Source: Asterias rubens (lineage: Eukaryota). Taken from it: a stretch of 64,000 nucleotides of DNA. Made by a program: the position numbers and the translations under genes. This document shows positions 50,535 to 63,570 of the stretch, in pieces. The stretch lies in contig NC_047083.1 in the NCBI RefSeq assembly GCF_902459465.1, positions 1,798,001 to 1,862,000 of the forward strand, read 5' to 3'. Position 1 is the stretch's first letter, and the number at the start of each line of letters is the position of its first letter. The notes under the pieces were generated by a model. That model had not been told where the DNA came from. It worked only from the letters and a program-made list of their open reading frames with translations, and ran no database searches.

Positions 50535-52603
50535 TTAAACCATAGAAATATGAAATTCATCAGGTATACTGATATGAAAACACAGCACCAAGAAAATAGC
50601 CCCATGTAACGTGGTTTATAAATAGATCGATTGCTTTTGGCTACAGCTTATAAGATCCCCATGACAGGAACTGTAAGTGATGATAGTTATTTGCAATATC
50701 GTTTTTTTAACAAGACAAGATGAGTAAATTATAAAACTGACCTTGACTTTGACAATTTATTTCTGTCAATAACATGTTTCTTAATTGAACCGTCGATCCC
50801 TTGAAAAATGATTACCGTGGTTCAGTCCTCCCCCACTGATTATAAACTCGATATCTTTTCTTCTTTAAATAAAGAAAAGAAGAAAGATAACCCCTCTTTC
50901 TTAATCAACTTGTCTTGATATTCTCCATGAAGTCAAGTACAGTGGGACTGTCCATCATATAGTATAGGGGAGATCCGACTTGGAAGGGGGATCGATAGTA
51001 ACACGACGTTTGTATCTCCGACGTGTCATAATCGAAGAGGTACGATCATTGCGGGTTTTTTAACCTCGGTGGAGCGAGCCGAGACGGATCGAGGCCCCCG
51101 TGTCTACGAGCCCAGCCGCCCGTCGCCACTCGTTCTGGAAACACGGTGAAATGCGTTTTCGCTTACTTTCATCGGACGCGTGAGCTCGTGAAATTGGATA
51201 GATTTTTTTCTCTCTTCGTCGTGCTCTCGCCACGACCGGTGCGTTAGGAGCGAGGTCCCGGGTGAAGGACGGCCAGCGTACGGCGGCAATGATCGCGATT
51301 TTCTCGGTGCAGTCAGACAGAAGAAGCCAACGGCCGTAGAATTCGGTCAACATCGAATAATGAACTGGGAGAATCGAAGGAAATATAGATAACTATTACA
51401 CTACTAGGTGGAAATTGTACATTAAAATTGTACCAAGTGAACCTTTGTATCTGTAGCCTAACTAGTTGATAAATTAATGTTCATGTAATTCAACACCATT
51501 CTGTTCACAGAATTATTTTACTAGACTAACAATGTAAGATATTTCTTCTGTTTTGTAAAAAAGTATGGAGATGAAAAATATCTCACTTTGAAGATGTTAT
51601 TTATTTATAATTGCAACCCCAGTTTGAATTAAAGGAATAACTCTAATTCAAAAGAAAGGTAAACATGAAATATATTACAAACAGATTAATCGCTTTAAGT
51701 TTAGACTTTTATATTAAATTATGTTTTTTCTTCATTTATCATGCAATCGTTTTAAGGTAAAATCATGATGCCACACGGTAACACAACGATCAGTCACAAA
51801 CAGCTTAAGCATCGATGGAATTTCCTCACTAAAATAATGAAGAAAACAAACCGTGGGTCCCCCCCCCGGATTTATAAAAGAAGGGGAAATAATAAAAACT
51901 CGTCGATTCTCTAATCCCGCCGAATCCAAGGTTACCAATAATCGTGTATCACGGTCTATAGGACCGGCTTGCCTCAGGGTTCAGTCCATGGTCTATCGCA
52001 GCCTGAAAGCCGTTGACATCAGAGCGGTATACACCAAGTTCACGGACACACCAGTACCGGGTGTATTTCGGGTGGGAGGTCCCGTCTTTTTGGGGTTGTT
52101 TGGCCGGCTCGCACCCAAGCGAACGGAGCGATTTATAGGAGGGCATAGTTGAGAGTCACACAAGCGAGTATTCAGACCTAATTTTCGGTGAACCTAGTCC
52201 CCGTGGTCGTTGGAACCAATGAAGGGAATTTTATTGACAGGGTATAATAGGCGAGGTGCAACCCCCAAATCATGCGGAGATGATTTCTAATGTTGTTCTT
52301 TCACGAAAAGATGGAACGCTCTCCCGTTGTGGAAGTTTCAGTGTGACGTCACAACTGGGAACCGCCCAGTCCTTTAAGAAAAGCATTCCCAGGGACTATG
52401 GGAAACCGAAATGAAAATAATCACATCCACAATGAAAACCCAAAACACGATTTTGATACACAATGTACTGAATTGAATTGAGTTTTGATTGAACTGAATC
52501 GTGAAAAAAAAAGTCTGCAATTGGTGCAGTTTCAAAATGTTTTAAAGCACACAATAATCAATTGGTTTAACAGGGAAAGTGATTGTCCTTTGTTTCTCTT
52601 CAA

Positions 52604-52925
52604 AGGCAGTGTACACTATTGGTAATTACTCAAAATAATTATCAGCATAAAACCTTACTTGGTGACGAGTAATGGAGAGCAGTTGGTGGTATATAACATT
52701 GTTAGAAACGGCTCCCTCTGAAGATTTAGAATTGGAGGTCTCGAAATCACGCATCTGAAAGCACCCAACTCCGTGTGACAAGGTTTTTTTTTCTTTCGTT
52801 ATTATCTCGCAACTTCGACGACCAATTGAATTCAAATTTTCACGTTTTTTTTTGTGTGTGCATATGTTGAGATACACTAAGTGAGAAGACTGGTCTTTGA
52901 CAATTACCAATAGTTTCTACTGTCT
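52604..52925 (+). mobile_element. Kolobok-type MITE family A with an internal deletion
   Basis: tcaa|AGGCAGTGTACACTATTGGTAATTACTC ... AATTACCAATAGTTTCTACTGTCT|ttaa. Confidence 0.8.
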
Positions 52926-54453
52926 TTAAACCTCAAATGAAAGTGTTTTTGTATTTTAAACTTGCCCGTTTGTGTTTGGTGAAAAGAGAGAAATGCAGAT
53001 ATTTTCGTTTGCCCTCTTCCTCTGAAAGGCTTAAATGAAAAATCCTATTTTTATAGTTGCTCGGGTTGGCTGCGTACTTTTTACATCCGAGCATCAAAAC
53101 ACTCCAGCTTTCTGGCTCGAAATTAAAATCTGTCAGGCCACGGACTCTTCCCTACCATCATAACACCAACGCACTGTACAACGGGCCCATCGGATGCCGG
53201 CACACATGCATACTATACGTGGGGGTGCCGCAGGGCACGATGCTTGGCCCCGCCCAGAATTCGATCCGTTCTAATATGGGGCCAAATCTTGTCACGCACG
53301 TTCTTTTATTGCCTGCTTACTTTCCAAAATACCACTTTCGTTTGAGCGCCAATGCCACAGATCGTCTGCCGAGTCTACGCTTACTTTTTCAGCTGGCATC
53401 TCGCTTCGGTGAAAACACATTTCTTTTTTTCTATTTTTTTCTTTTTTTTTGGGGGGGGGGGAGGACAATTCTCAAAATATTTAAATGTGACCGAAACAAG
53501 GTTTAACCAACGGAAAATATTTCAGGTTGTTACTTCATTTGTGTTTCGTTTCATCACCATCAGTCATTCCAACCACGTTGTGTTCAACTAACAGACCATA
53601 AAACAAACGTGTTGAAATATCATCAAGTTTAGGTTGTCGTGTTTTCGCAGACGGGATTGTTACAATTCTATCTTGGATTCGTACAGAATTCGATTTGATT
53701 CAAAATGAAAACAAGTAATATTTGTGAGCGATTACTTTCGCACTTTAGAGGGGATAACATTATCAAAACAATTAGCTTGTGAATGTGTCCACATTGTGAC
53801 ACAAGAACAACACCTTGTTGTTATCAAAGCTTGAAAACCAAAAGCTCTTTTCAGCCAGTTTCCCTCAACGAATATGTCCTCTTTCAACATGTTAGGCCCT
53901 CTTGTCGTGTTTGCCTTGTACCCTTTTACATGTCACCGAAACCAGCAGTGCTTACAATTATGAAGAAAGGGACAGCGAATAAGTTGAGTTTTGGTGGCAT
54001 GAGAGGGCGCCCACTGTTGACTATTTGTTTATTGGTATTGTCCAGTGGCACAACAAGCATTTTTGTTAACTTAAAGTTTAAATCAAAGGAGGTTTTATGA
54101 AACAATTCACATTTGTTCAAGCACCAAGACCCGCAAAGGAATACCTGCTTATTTCCATTAATAAAAAAATTGCTTGGGATTACTATGTTTGCCAAAATTA
54201 AATAACTTCGAGTTTTGAAGAGAAAAAACTGCCGATAATAAAAATGAATGGTTGGTATCATAAGAACCGAAAGGCACGACGTGTAAAGCGTTTAGAGCAG
54301 TACTACTCACCCAAGTTGATTTAGACTTGATAAAGAATAACAAGCGAGCGAAAAGTGTTTTCCAACCACAAATTCTAAACTCTAAACAAAATATATATAT
54401 AAAAGAAAAAAGAAAACAAAAGAAGAAAACAAAAGTACAAAGCACCCCCCCTG

Positions 54454-54484
<31 letters not shown>

Positions 54485-57400
54485 AAGAAGGGTCGAAGCT
54501 GGTGAAAGGGGGACATACGGGGCACACAGGGTATACCGTCTCACGGTCGATTTAAACCCACCAATGGGGGCAACCAAGCATCAGTAAGAGTGTGTCGGCC
54601 TAACCTTGAACGGGTGTAGATTGCTCTGTGGTGATTATCAAAACATTCCCGAGGTCGAAGGCCAAAGTTATGTGAATGAATATTTATCAGACGGTGCATG
54701 GAGAGGGCATTGTGATCGCGTTTTGAATGGAAGGTTGGGGCGGGGCGGGGGGGGGGAGATATTTAAATGGAGATTCGTTTGTAACTCACAAACGAAATAA
54801 TAAAATATACAATTAATTTGTATAGTAAAAAAATTTATCACACTTATGCTTTGAACAATGCTTTTCGAATTTCAGAATTTGTAGTTTCGAATGATGCTTT
54901 TAGATTCATTTCAAATATATTGATCTATAATTCAAATCAATTAAATTCATAAGCAGAGGAACGGCCTAGGCCCAAAGTCTAGTGAAATGTTATTTTTGAG
55001 TCAATTATACTTTCTTTTTCAAAACTAAAAAACCGCGCATTTATTTCTCGGATCAGCATCAACCCACGCTTTTAAATGACAATTCTGTCAACAGATTTCA
55101 TAAAACAAAATTAATTACTGCTCCATTGTTAATTAAATGAAATAATCTAAAACCATTTAATTCGCTATACAAACTGGCTTTCAAAGAACTTACTATTTTG
55201 AAAAGATCTGCATTGCATTTTCATGGATTAAATTCCGACAATGAAAACACAATGTGTGAAAAACTCGCCGACTTGTTTTGATTTTCCCAAGAGTCAATCG
55301 AAATGAGAATGGGAAAACGGGTTCTCTGGAGACTATCTAATTACCGTATGAGCGTTAGTAGGTCTTTGCTTCGCCAGCAGTTCTCAAGGTCTAATACGAG
55401 TGACGTAGACTCTTCCCAAGTCGGTTGTTTCCCCTTATTCCCACGAGGTTAGTCCAGCTCACGATGCTATGTCATTCATTATGACAAACCATGACAATTT
55501 AGCTCAGTTTAAACGGATGCAATCATATAATTGAAGGCCACACATACCACACTCTTGTTAGATGAACTGTTTTCGCAACAAAGACAAATTTCTATTCCGT
55601 ATGGTGCTTCCCAAAAATCGTCTCCCACAAAACAGTGCGTTGGCGCATTTTATTTTGTCCACCATTAATTCTAGCATGAAATGAACAACAATACCCCCCC
55701 CCCCCCCCACATTCAATCCCACGAATCACCACCTTGATGGAATGCGCATCTCGGCAATCGTTTAGGACATCTCCGATTCAAGGAACAGTAACAAAGCTTA
55801 TCACCAAGTTAAATTGTTTTGCCAGTAAAAGAAACGCGAAATCTTTCTCGTATTTTTTTCCGCGTTCGTTTTGCAAAGTCTATACACCCATACGGCACGC
55901 TTTACTGTGGTGTGAGGAGGACGCTTACCCAACGTTCATCTATACAGAGTTGTTGGCGATCCGTAATTATTTACGGCTCATCTTTTTTTCTCGTTATTTT
56001 CTTTTGTTGAAAAGAGGAGCAAAGGGGCTCTTTGAAGTTTACCGAAGACGTGTTAGAACCACGGCACGGGGTCTTGAACTTCACATTATTGTCACATTTT
56101 GTGAACCTATTGTTCTTTACCATGGGAATGTTTTGTTACATTGGGTCATTCTTATCAAGAATACAATATTGTGTCTTAGAAACCATGTAACGATTTGTAT
56201 GTCTGTTATTCAGCACACTTTTTCTTCTTCTTGACCTATCAGAATTTCCCACAACTTGCACGTTGTACATGTTCTACACAGACAGTGTAAACACAACTAG
56301 TATCACTATCGCTCGTCCATCATTCATGAATAATGCATATACATTTGCATGGCTTATTGTTTGCTACCCGCGCAAGCGCATTTGTGCAACAGGTCAAGAA
56401 ATGCCTATGACGTAATACCAGTGGAAAGAAGCTGAATTAAACTCAATTTAATTATGGTTTCATTGTTTAAACATGAGCTCCCTTTTGGGGATGGAGTTGT
56501 CCACCATATTATTTGAAATTCAGTATTTTGTATATAAACCCAGCCCGAAAGTGATTTTAATTTCCGTACAAACAAAATTTCCCCTCATGTTTTTTCAATA
56601 GATTTTGTTATTGTAAACCACAACCACTAAGTAATAAAAAAAACCTAAAAATTAGAATAAAGAAATCCTACTAACATCGTAATAAGTTTTGATAGCGTGC
56701 TCAAAAGCAACCCACTAACAGCAATTGTACATTATTATGAATAAATAAACACACTACCGCCTGGTGAAGAGAATAACAAAAAAACGTACTTGAACCTTCA
56801 TATTCTGGAGCTATTCATGCCAATTCTAATGATAACAACTGCTATATGTGGTTACAACACTGGGTCGGCTAGAAAGCAGCGTCACGGCAGTCATTCTGGA
56901 GCCTGCTTTCCTCCCCGCAATGCCGGCCGACGAGGGAAAGAAAAACACGGCGGGTCTTTGTTCTCTGAGCTCCAACTACCCCGTACACCGCGGTCAAATG
57001 TACTTTTTTCTCCCTTTCTTTTTAAGAAGGGACCCTTTTGATTTTTTTTTTCTTCTGCTCTCTTTATTAACGTTGTAAAGAAAAAGGTGGTTCTTTTGGA
57101 GAACAGTCTTTTGAAGCAGCGTTTCCTATATGGTTTTTTATTTTATTGACTAGGTGTTGTTTAGGGGCTGGGGGTCGAAGAGGAGATTGTTTAGTTAAGG
57201 GACCCCCATCTATTATAGAAAATTTTCTAAGGTTTTGTTGTGTTGATAAGAAATATTTCATATTGTAGTTTGACGCAATAACTGGCTCTTGCCAATGGAC
57301 TATACTAACGTGGCTTCCGGATTACGAGTGAGAAAGCCTCCGAAGTTCAAGATCAACGATTTCTATCTGATCGACTACAATTTTTATTTTTTTTCAAGCT

Positions 57401-58126
57401 CATAAAAACGAAATTCTAATTTTACATGTTTTTTTAATCTGGGAAGATTTGGAATCAAGAACTCAAGTTGTTTTTATATTTTGTTACAGAAAACTTCAAG
57501 ATTGAAATTTCAGAAGCTCAAAGAAATTACTAAAGGCTTTGAATCAGTTCATCATGATTGCAAGAAAAAACTTTAACAATACATCGACAATTTCGTTGAG
57601 CATTGAATGTGGAAGCGAATTATTGTTGGTGTATTTGTTTTTGTTTTTCAGGAGCATCCCGTAGTGCCCAGAGACAAACAAGATCAATTGAGTACCAGGT
57701 CTGACAAGTCTTGTTGTTGTTGTTGTTGTTGTTGATTTTGTTGTTTACATTTCTGTTACATTCTGCTATACAAATAAATTATTTTACATTGCAACTCTAA
57801 ATAGTATTGCTATATTCACTTTAGGCCAACTCCCTTATTTTGATTTATTGAAAATACGTGTCTAATAGAAGTTTGTTAACAAGTTCTGGATTATACTACA
57901 TGCCGTTTTCGAAAACAAGGTTGAACATGGGCTTCGTCCAATTGCTTGAAGCCCTATATTAGGAAAGCACATGCTTTCTAAATAACTGACAGAGCCCAAT
58001 CCCAATTCGCCGTGGTTTCGAAAACGGCCGTACACATTCACCGTCTGTCTCAGAATCATTTCCACCCATCACCCACAGAGGGCGGTCGAGGTAAACAAGA
58101 CAAAAAAGAGAGGAAACTTGACTTAC

Positions 58127-58473
58127 ACTTGGAATGTTCTCCTGTGTGCACACCTTCTCAGCCAGGAGCCGGTCTCTTATCTCCCAAGCAAATATGGACG
58201 GACACTCTCTCTTGTAGTGGGCGACTCGGCTGACCACCAGAGGGGTGGCTACCCGGGGCTTACTGCCCCCGATAGCCCTGGGTCGGATGGAACCCGTCTC
58301 GTAGTATCGGCCTAGTATCTTGGAGACGCATCCATTGGACACCTGGAGGATACGGGAGATATCGCAGGGCCTGGCCCCACTGTGGGCGAGCTCTACGATC
58401 TTCTGGCGGGTGGTGTCAGGTAGGGGGCGGCCATTGACAAACATTCCGCCGAGTTGATTGACTCCACTATGAC
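58127..58473 (-). CDS. Pax6: Pax6 paired-domain exon ([10 protein letters not shown]...ENIPS)
   Basis: Translation gives a paired domain with the Pax6-specific ILQVSN (I42/Q44/N47). Acceptor catacag|GT CAT (phase 1), donor CCAAGT|gtaagt (phase 0), 347 nt. Confidence 0.98.
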
Positions 58474-58477
58474 CTGT

Positions 58478-58651
58478 ATGCAAATGAGACATGTGACAAT
58501 GAGACTTATGCAAATGAGACATGTGACAGTTACTCTTATGCAAATGAGACATAGCAATAAGACGTATGCAGATGGGACATATCAATAATTATACATTTGC
58601 AGTTAGATACCTATGCAAATGAGACATGAAAGGTACATTAATGCAAATGAG
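58478..58651 (+). repeat. Degenerate tandem repeat of about 30 bp carrying five perfect ATGCAAATGAG octamer units
   Basis: ATGCAAATGAG at 58478, 58508, 58538, 58613 and 58641, plus a degenerate ATGCAGATGGG at 58566. Confidence 0.9.
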
Positions 58652-61600
58652 AAACTCAAAGGATGTTGGTCAGTAATTAAAACAACTTGCAATACACAAA
58701 CAGACTCATTAAACCTGTTAATAAAAGGTAGCATACATATGTTTGCACCCGTCCGAGACATTGTAAAAGACAATAACCAATAACATAACATAACACGAAA
58801 CAGTCGTTGTGAGGAAGTCTGCCTTACTGACAGCCAAGCCACTTTTATTGGCTCATTTGAATCAACTGGGACCCTGTTCCAAATGCAGTAGGAAACTACA
58901 CAGTCGTTTATTGGTGCCCGACTGTTGTATATAATCCATTAAGGTTCTCATCAAAATATTTACAGTCATTCTTAAAAGAAATTCCGATAATGTATTATGG
59001 AATAATAACAAAAACAGCAAATAAATAAACAAATACAAAATGAGATTCTTAAAAAGTGAGGACAGTTACCACTGTTTATATTAAGGTATTTTCTATGATT
59101 TCGTTAGAGTCTGGTTTCCGGTCCCCCTGCGTACGTTCGATACATCGGACTCAGCACCGGAAGAATAGGCGACTACCGACTACCAACAACTGGGTCCATC
59201 ACTGGCATAAAAAAAATAAAATAAAAAAAAAATAAAAAAAAACTACGCGTGTCCCAAAACGGTTCGTTCCTCCCCCTCATTCCATTCTAACCTTACCATC
59301 CTAAAACCAAACTCATTTCATATCGACCTGATCACATCGATTCACAATCCCATCTCGTTTTTGTATCCTTTTTTTTCTTCTTCGGGCCCTGCCTTTGACG
59401 GTTCCATTCATCGCTAGCGCCCATTGCGACCATAACAATGTACGGTGTAAACATACTTTTTTTATTGTCCCCCGTCTCCCATGTCGGACTGTAGATGCAA
59501 AATTACAGCAACATTAATTAGCCTGGCTAGCATAATAATTGTCTTTAATAAAGTCGCGTGGCGGTCATTTATAAAAAAAATATTCATTTCAGCGACACTT
59601 TATTAAGACTACATTTTTCCTAAATTTGTTTGAAGTTGCATTATTGTATCGAAAAGGGCAAGGATGACAGACTGGGTGTGTGTGTGGGGGGGGGGGGGGG
59701 CATGAACAGAGCAAGGACTTGTCTTAATCGAAAACTGATCACTTTTTCACATTATTTCCTTTTTCCTTTTTCCTCTCAAGCTCTAAGGACATGGGTCGTC
59801 CAGGCGTTTTCGTTAGACCTCGTGATTGTCTTAATAAATGACTGCAATCAAATGGAGTTTTTATTATTAGAAGCAGTCACAAAGCAGCGTGCGATAAAAA
59901 TAGTTAATGAAATCTCCAGCAAATTATGTTCAAGGGGATTATTCACATCTTAAAGAGCATGTTTCACTTCTTAAAGAGCTTGTATATAGATCCTGTTTTC
60001 AGAATGACGCATAATAACAAATTTACCTTCAATGAATATCACTGTGTTTTAAAATAATATACCACTTGTTTTATTGATGCAGTTCAACACATAAGTCCTT
60101 TAACCCGGTAAAGATTTCTTTATATATATCTATATGTTGTTTCTGTTGTCATTTCCGATGTCCACCCTCTGTGAGAACAGAATCTCCTTTTGGCACTGAA
60201 ATCAAACAATGCAATCACTTCTTTAATAGCGCGCACATTTTGTTAGAAAATTCCCGAAATATTCTTAATATTTTGAAAGTCATCTTACTGCCGCCCCCTC
60301 TGCCTTTTTGTTTGCTCTTTTTGTTTCCGGAAAGTTCACATACCCCTCCTTCCACAAGGATCAAGGGGGGACATGAGTATCAAGTTTAAGACTAAATTCC
60401 ATTCCACCATCATTGCCTTTGGGTACATTCACTACGATCTGTCTCCCATCCGTTTAAATATATCCCCTGATACGCATGACTCGTGCATTACAACACGGCG
60501 TGGAAAGGCTTTCCCACCCGATAAACTTAAATTACATTTAGACCTTTCTGTTGCCGCGTTTTATGCAATAAGAGGCCCCTTGCCAGCCAGCAGCGTCGTG
60601 CGTCCCTCGTGCCGACCGTGGAGGAGAGCCCCCGCGCGAGAATGTTTATGTGAGGGCTACTTTAGTCTGAGCGACACTGTACCCGGAGTAAAGGAAGAGG
60701 GTTCAAGGGCAATAAAAGAACACTCCCCCGTAATTTGGCTGCTTTTCCCCCGGCGGCGAACTCCCGGCAGAAGCGTAGGACATTATAACAGCTTTTGCCT
60801 GTGAAGAGTTTTTTTCTTTTCTCCCCCCCCCCCTCCCTCTCTCCATCTCGCAGGAGTAGATTTTTTTAAATGGTGAACTGAAGATAAAAAGTCGCCGTTG
60901 CCACATCCTGACGACAGATTTTGATTTTAGATTCCAGAGATAAGACTTGCGTTCGTTTACTCGTATGCTGCAGAGATTTGAAGCAATGGTCCAGCAGTCA
61001 TTTTAAAGGGAATGTTCGAACCAATTATACAGTTACAAGAATAAGAATATTTAACAGAATAATACATTTTGGAAAACGAAAAATGTTAGAGCTTTGTTTT
61101 AAGGAAACAAATTGAGTGTGTGATGCCGAATTTCACAACCTTAGTTATAAATTAACAACATTTTGCGGTTTTGGGGTGAGTCAATTCATTCCAATCCTCT
61201 AGTTCTCAAGTAAATCATTGGGTTTTGAAAGAGTGCATTTTAAAATGTGTTCGTCTCATATTTATTTCACAAAGAGGTTGACTTGTTCGTCTTTTGATTT
61301 GCTCGTGTTTCAAAATGAGTTCTCTGCCACTGACTTGTAGACATTCCAATTGTCGTTTATTCACATTTCGAGGAATACCTTTAGATGCTGGACCGACTAC
61401 AGATATTGCCTGACACACAAAATTAGGTCATAGAAAATAATGACGTCATTTTGACGGCCCCATGGTGGCTGATACGAGTATTGTTTTCGGATTAAAATTC
61501 TGTAGACTATTTTAAGAAACTCATCTTTTTGAGTAGAATGATAAATGTAAGGTGATGCGATGGATTTAGCGCCCCCTACGTCATCCTCTTCATTTTAAAT

Positions 61601-63236
61601 GTATAACTTGGATGATATATTCGTGCTTTTGATATTATTCTATTGATATATAAATAGATGTTTGGCTGAATTCGGAAATAATGTTTTAGTTGATGCTAAA
61701 ATGACGCAAACGAACGTCAAAGAACGTCAACTAACGTACTAGGTGAAAAGGTGAATACTCTTCAATCGAAGTGCTGACACTGTCGTGTTCCCTTTATGGA
61801 ATATCATCAAAGAACACCGATTATAGCGTCAGACTAATATGGATACCAGACTATTTTGACCTTCTTGTGGCATTTGAAGTCTTGAAGAAGAAAAAAAATG
61901 GCAGCATCATGGAAAAGATGCTAAATTTTTAATGAACAGAAACAAAATATTATTTCTGTCTTGTCCTGGACTTGTCAACTATTGTGATGGGAGATTAAAT
62001 ATTCTACATCTACCCTTCAAAATAAACATGAATTTCTTGAGATACTCGAAGGATGTTTGAATAATTCACAATCACAAGGTGTGAAAAATGTCTGGGTTTC
62101 TTAAAGCAGATCTGAACATAATTTGCCTTTAAAGGAATTCAACTTGAAATAGGTTGACAAGAGGGCAGTGTATAGTTTGATAATATCCATGAGATATTAA
62201 ATTATATTTGTAGGCAGATACGGAAGTTTATTTTGACATTGGATGTATTAGGTTTGAGACATTATGAAAAATCCATAGTCATGTACCATCGATTTCAGAT
62301 TGGAGTATTTTTATTTTGGAATTGCTAGATTAAGATTGATTGAAAAATTATGGTGACACTACACACTGTTGACTTGAGATACACATAAAACATTACAATA
62401 TTATTGTTTTTGAATGTTTTATGGGAGTTGTCAGCGTCTGTTTTTTTTTTAAGTTCGTATTTTGTCAAGTTGACTGGGGTTGTATAGGTGAACATTAAAA
62501 TGACCAAAAGAACCTGTTGAAAAATTTCTTTTCTAAGCAAACATTAAGTGGGGTACCAGTCACAACAATCTAAACTTAATGTGACTTTGGCTGGTTACCT
62601 GTTTCTGTTGAGCAACACTTTTCTGTGCTTAGTAAGTTTTTTTTGACATAATTATCAATCAATGACCGGTGAAGATGACGGAACATTCAACTGTAGTTGA
62701 TTGAAAGAGGAAATATGGGGATGGGGGGGGGGGGGTGGTCTTATAACAGTGACGTTTCTTAGGATGAAGGAAATTAATGATTTTAATGTCACTTTATCGG
62801 ATATTTGGGGGAGGGGCTTTTTCTTTTAGTGGATGACACGTTCCATTAAGGAGGCAGGAGATGACAAGGAAAAGATTGACTGAGGAAGATGATGGGTACT
62901 AGAAGACAACTGTATAATGGGATGCAGGTGTAAACTTAAGACCATGAAATAAATTGGTAATCGAGATTATAGTTATCGACATTAAATCTTATATAGTCTG
63001 ATAACTAGTTACTATTTTAAATTGTTACTTTTAATAGATATCAACTGTCATATGATTTTGTTTACTACTGTGATGTGTGTTATTTATTTACATTTATTTT
63101 ACGTTTTGTGTTTGTTTATGGCTATGGTTGGGGTTCGGACTTGAAGTTTGAGAATCACCTTTCAGACATTAATATTATTACTTCACTGCTTATGTTTCAC
63201 TTAGTTACCTGTTCATGTTTGTTGTGTTGTCATTTA

Positions 63237-63275
63237 GCCTTCAAGAAAGATTCTGCTAGGGTCGAAACGTCAGGT
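63237..63275 (+). ncRNA. Second family of hammerhead-like/Penelope-like terminal motif; another copy lies at 32661-32699
   Basis: GCCT-TCAAGAAA-GATTC tgcta GGGTC-GAAACGTC-AGG; the 32661 copy reads TCGAGAAA-GACTC tgcta GTGTC-GAAACGTG-AGGC. The core is non-canonical. Confidence 0.35.
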
Positions 63276-63289
63276 CAGTAACAATTTTT

Positions 63290-63570
63290 TGCATTAAATC
63301 TTCCCTGAAAATATTACGTGCTGAGTTGCTGTAGTTTTGGGGAAATGAGTAAAACAACGTCATGAAAATAATTTGGGTCTCATGAGACCAAAATTAAACA
63401 TTTTAAACATTTACAAACGTATTTTCATGACATTGTTTTACCCATTAACTTCTCAATAACTACAGCACCCCAGTAAGTAATATTTGAAGGGAAGCTTTCC
63501 ACTATCATTATGTTAAACCCTGTAAGTTTAATGTAAATCTATGGACATTTTGAAAAAGTACCCAAATCCT
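63290..63570. mobile_element. Second Kolobok-like family (B), partial copy with an internal inverted repeat
   Basis: Ends AAAAAGTACCCAAATCCT|ttaa. Internal inverted pair tgctgtagtt..aaaacaacgtcatgaaaata / tattttcatgacattgtttt..aactacagca. Homologous to the 37075 fragment. Confidence 0.6.

Noticed and set aside
58478-58651. CRISPR-like array
   Set aside because: Eukaryotic intron, the spacers are themselves near-identical, and there are no cas genes. It is a tandem repeat.
59284-59305. Micro-exon-like ttttag|GATG|gtaagg on the minus strand as the Pax6 start exon
   Set aside because: ATG followed directly by the donor is phase 0 and cannot join the phase-1 acceptor at 58473 in frame.
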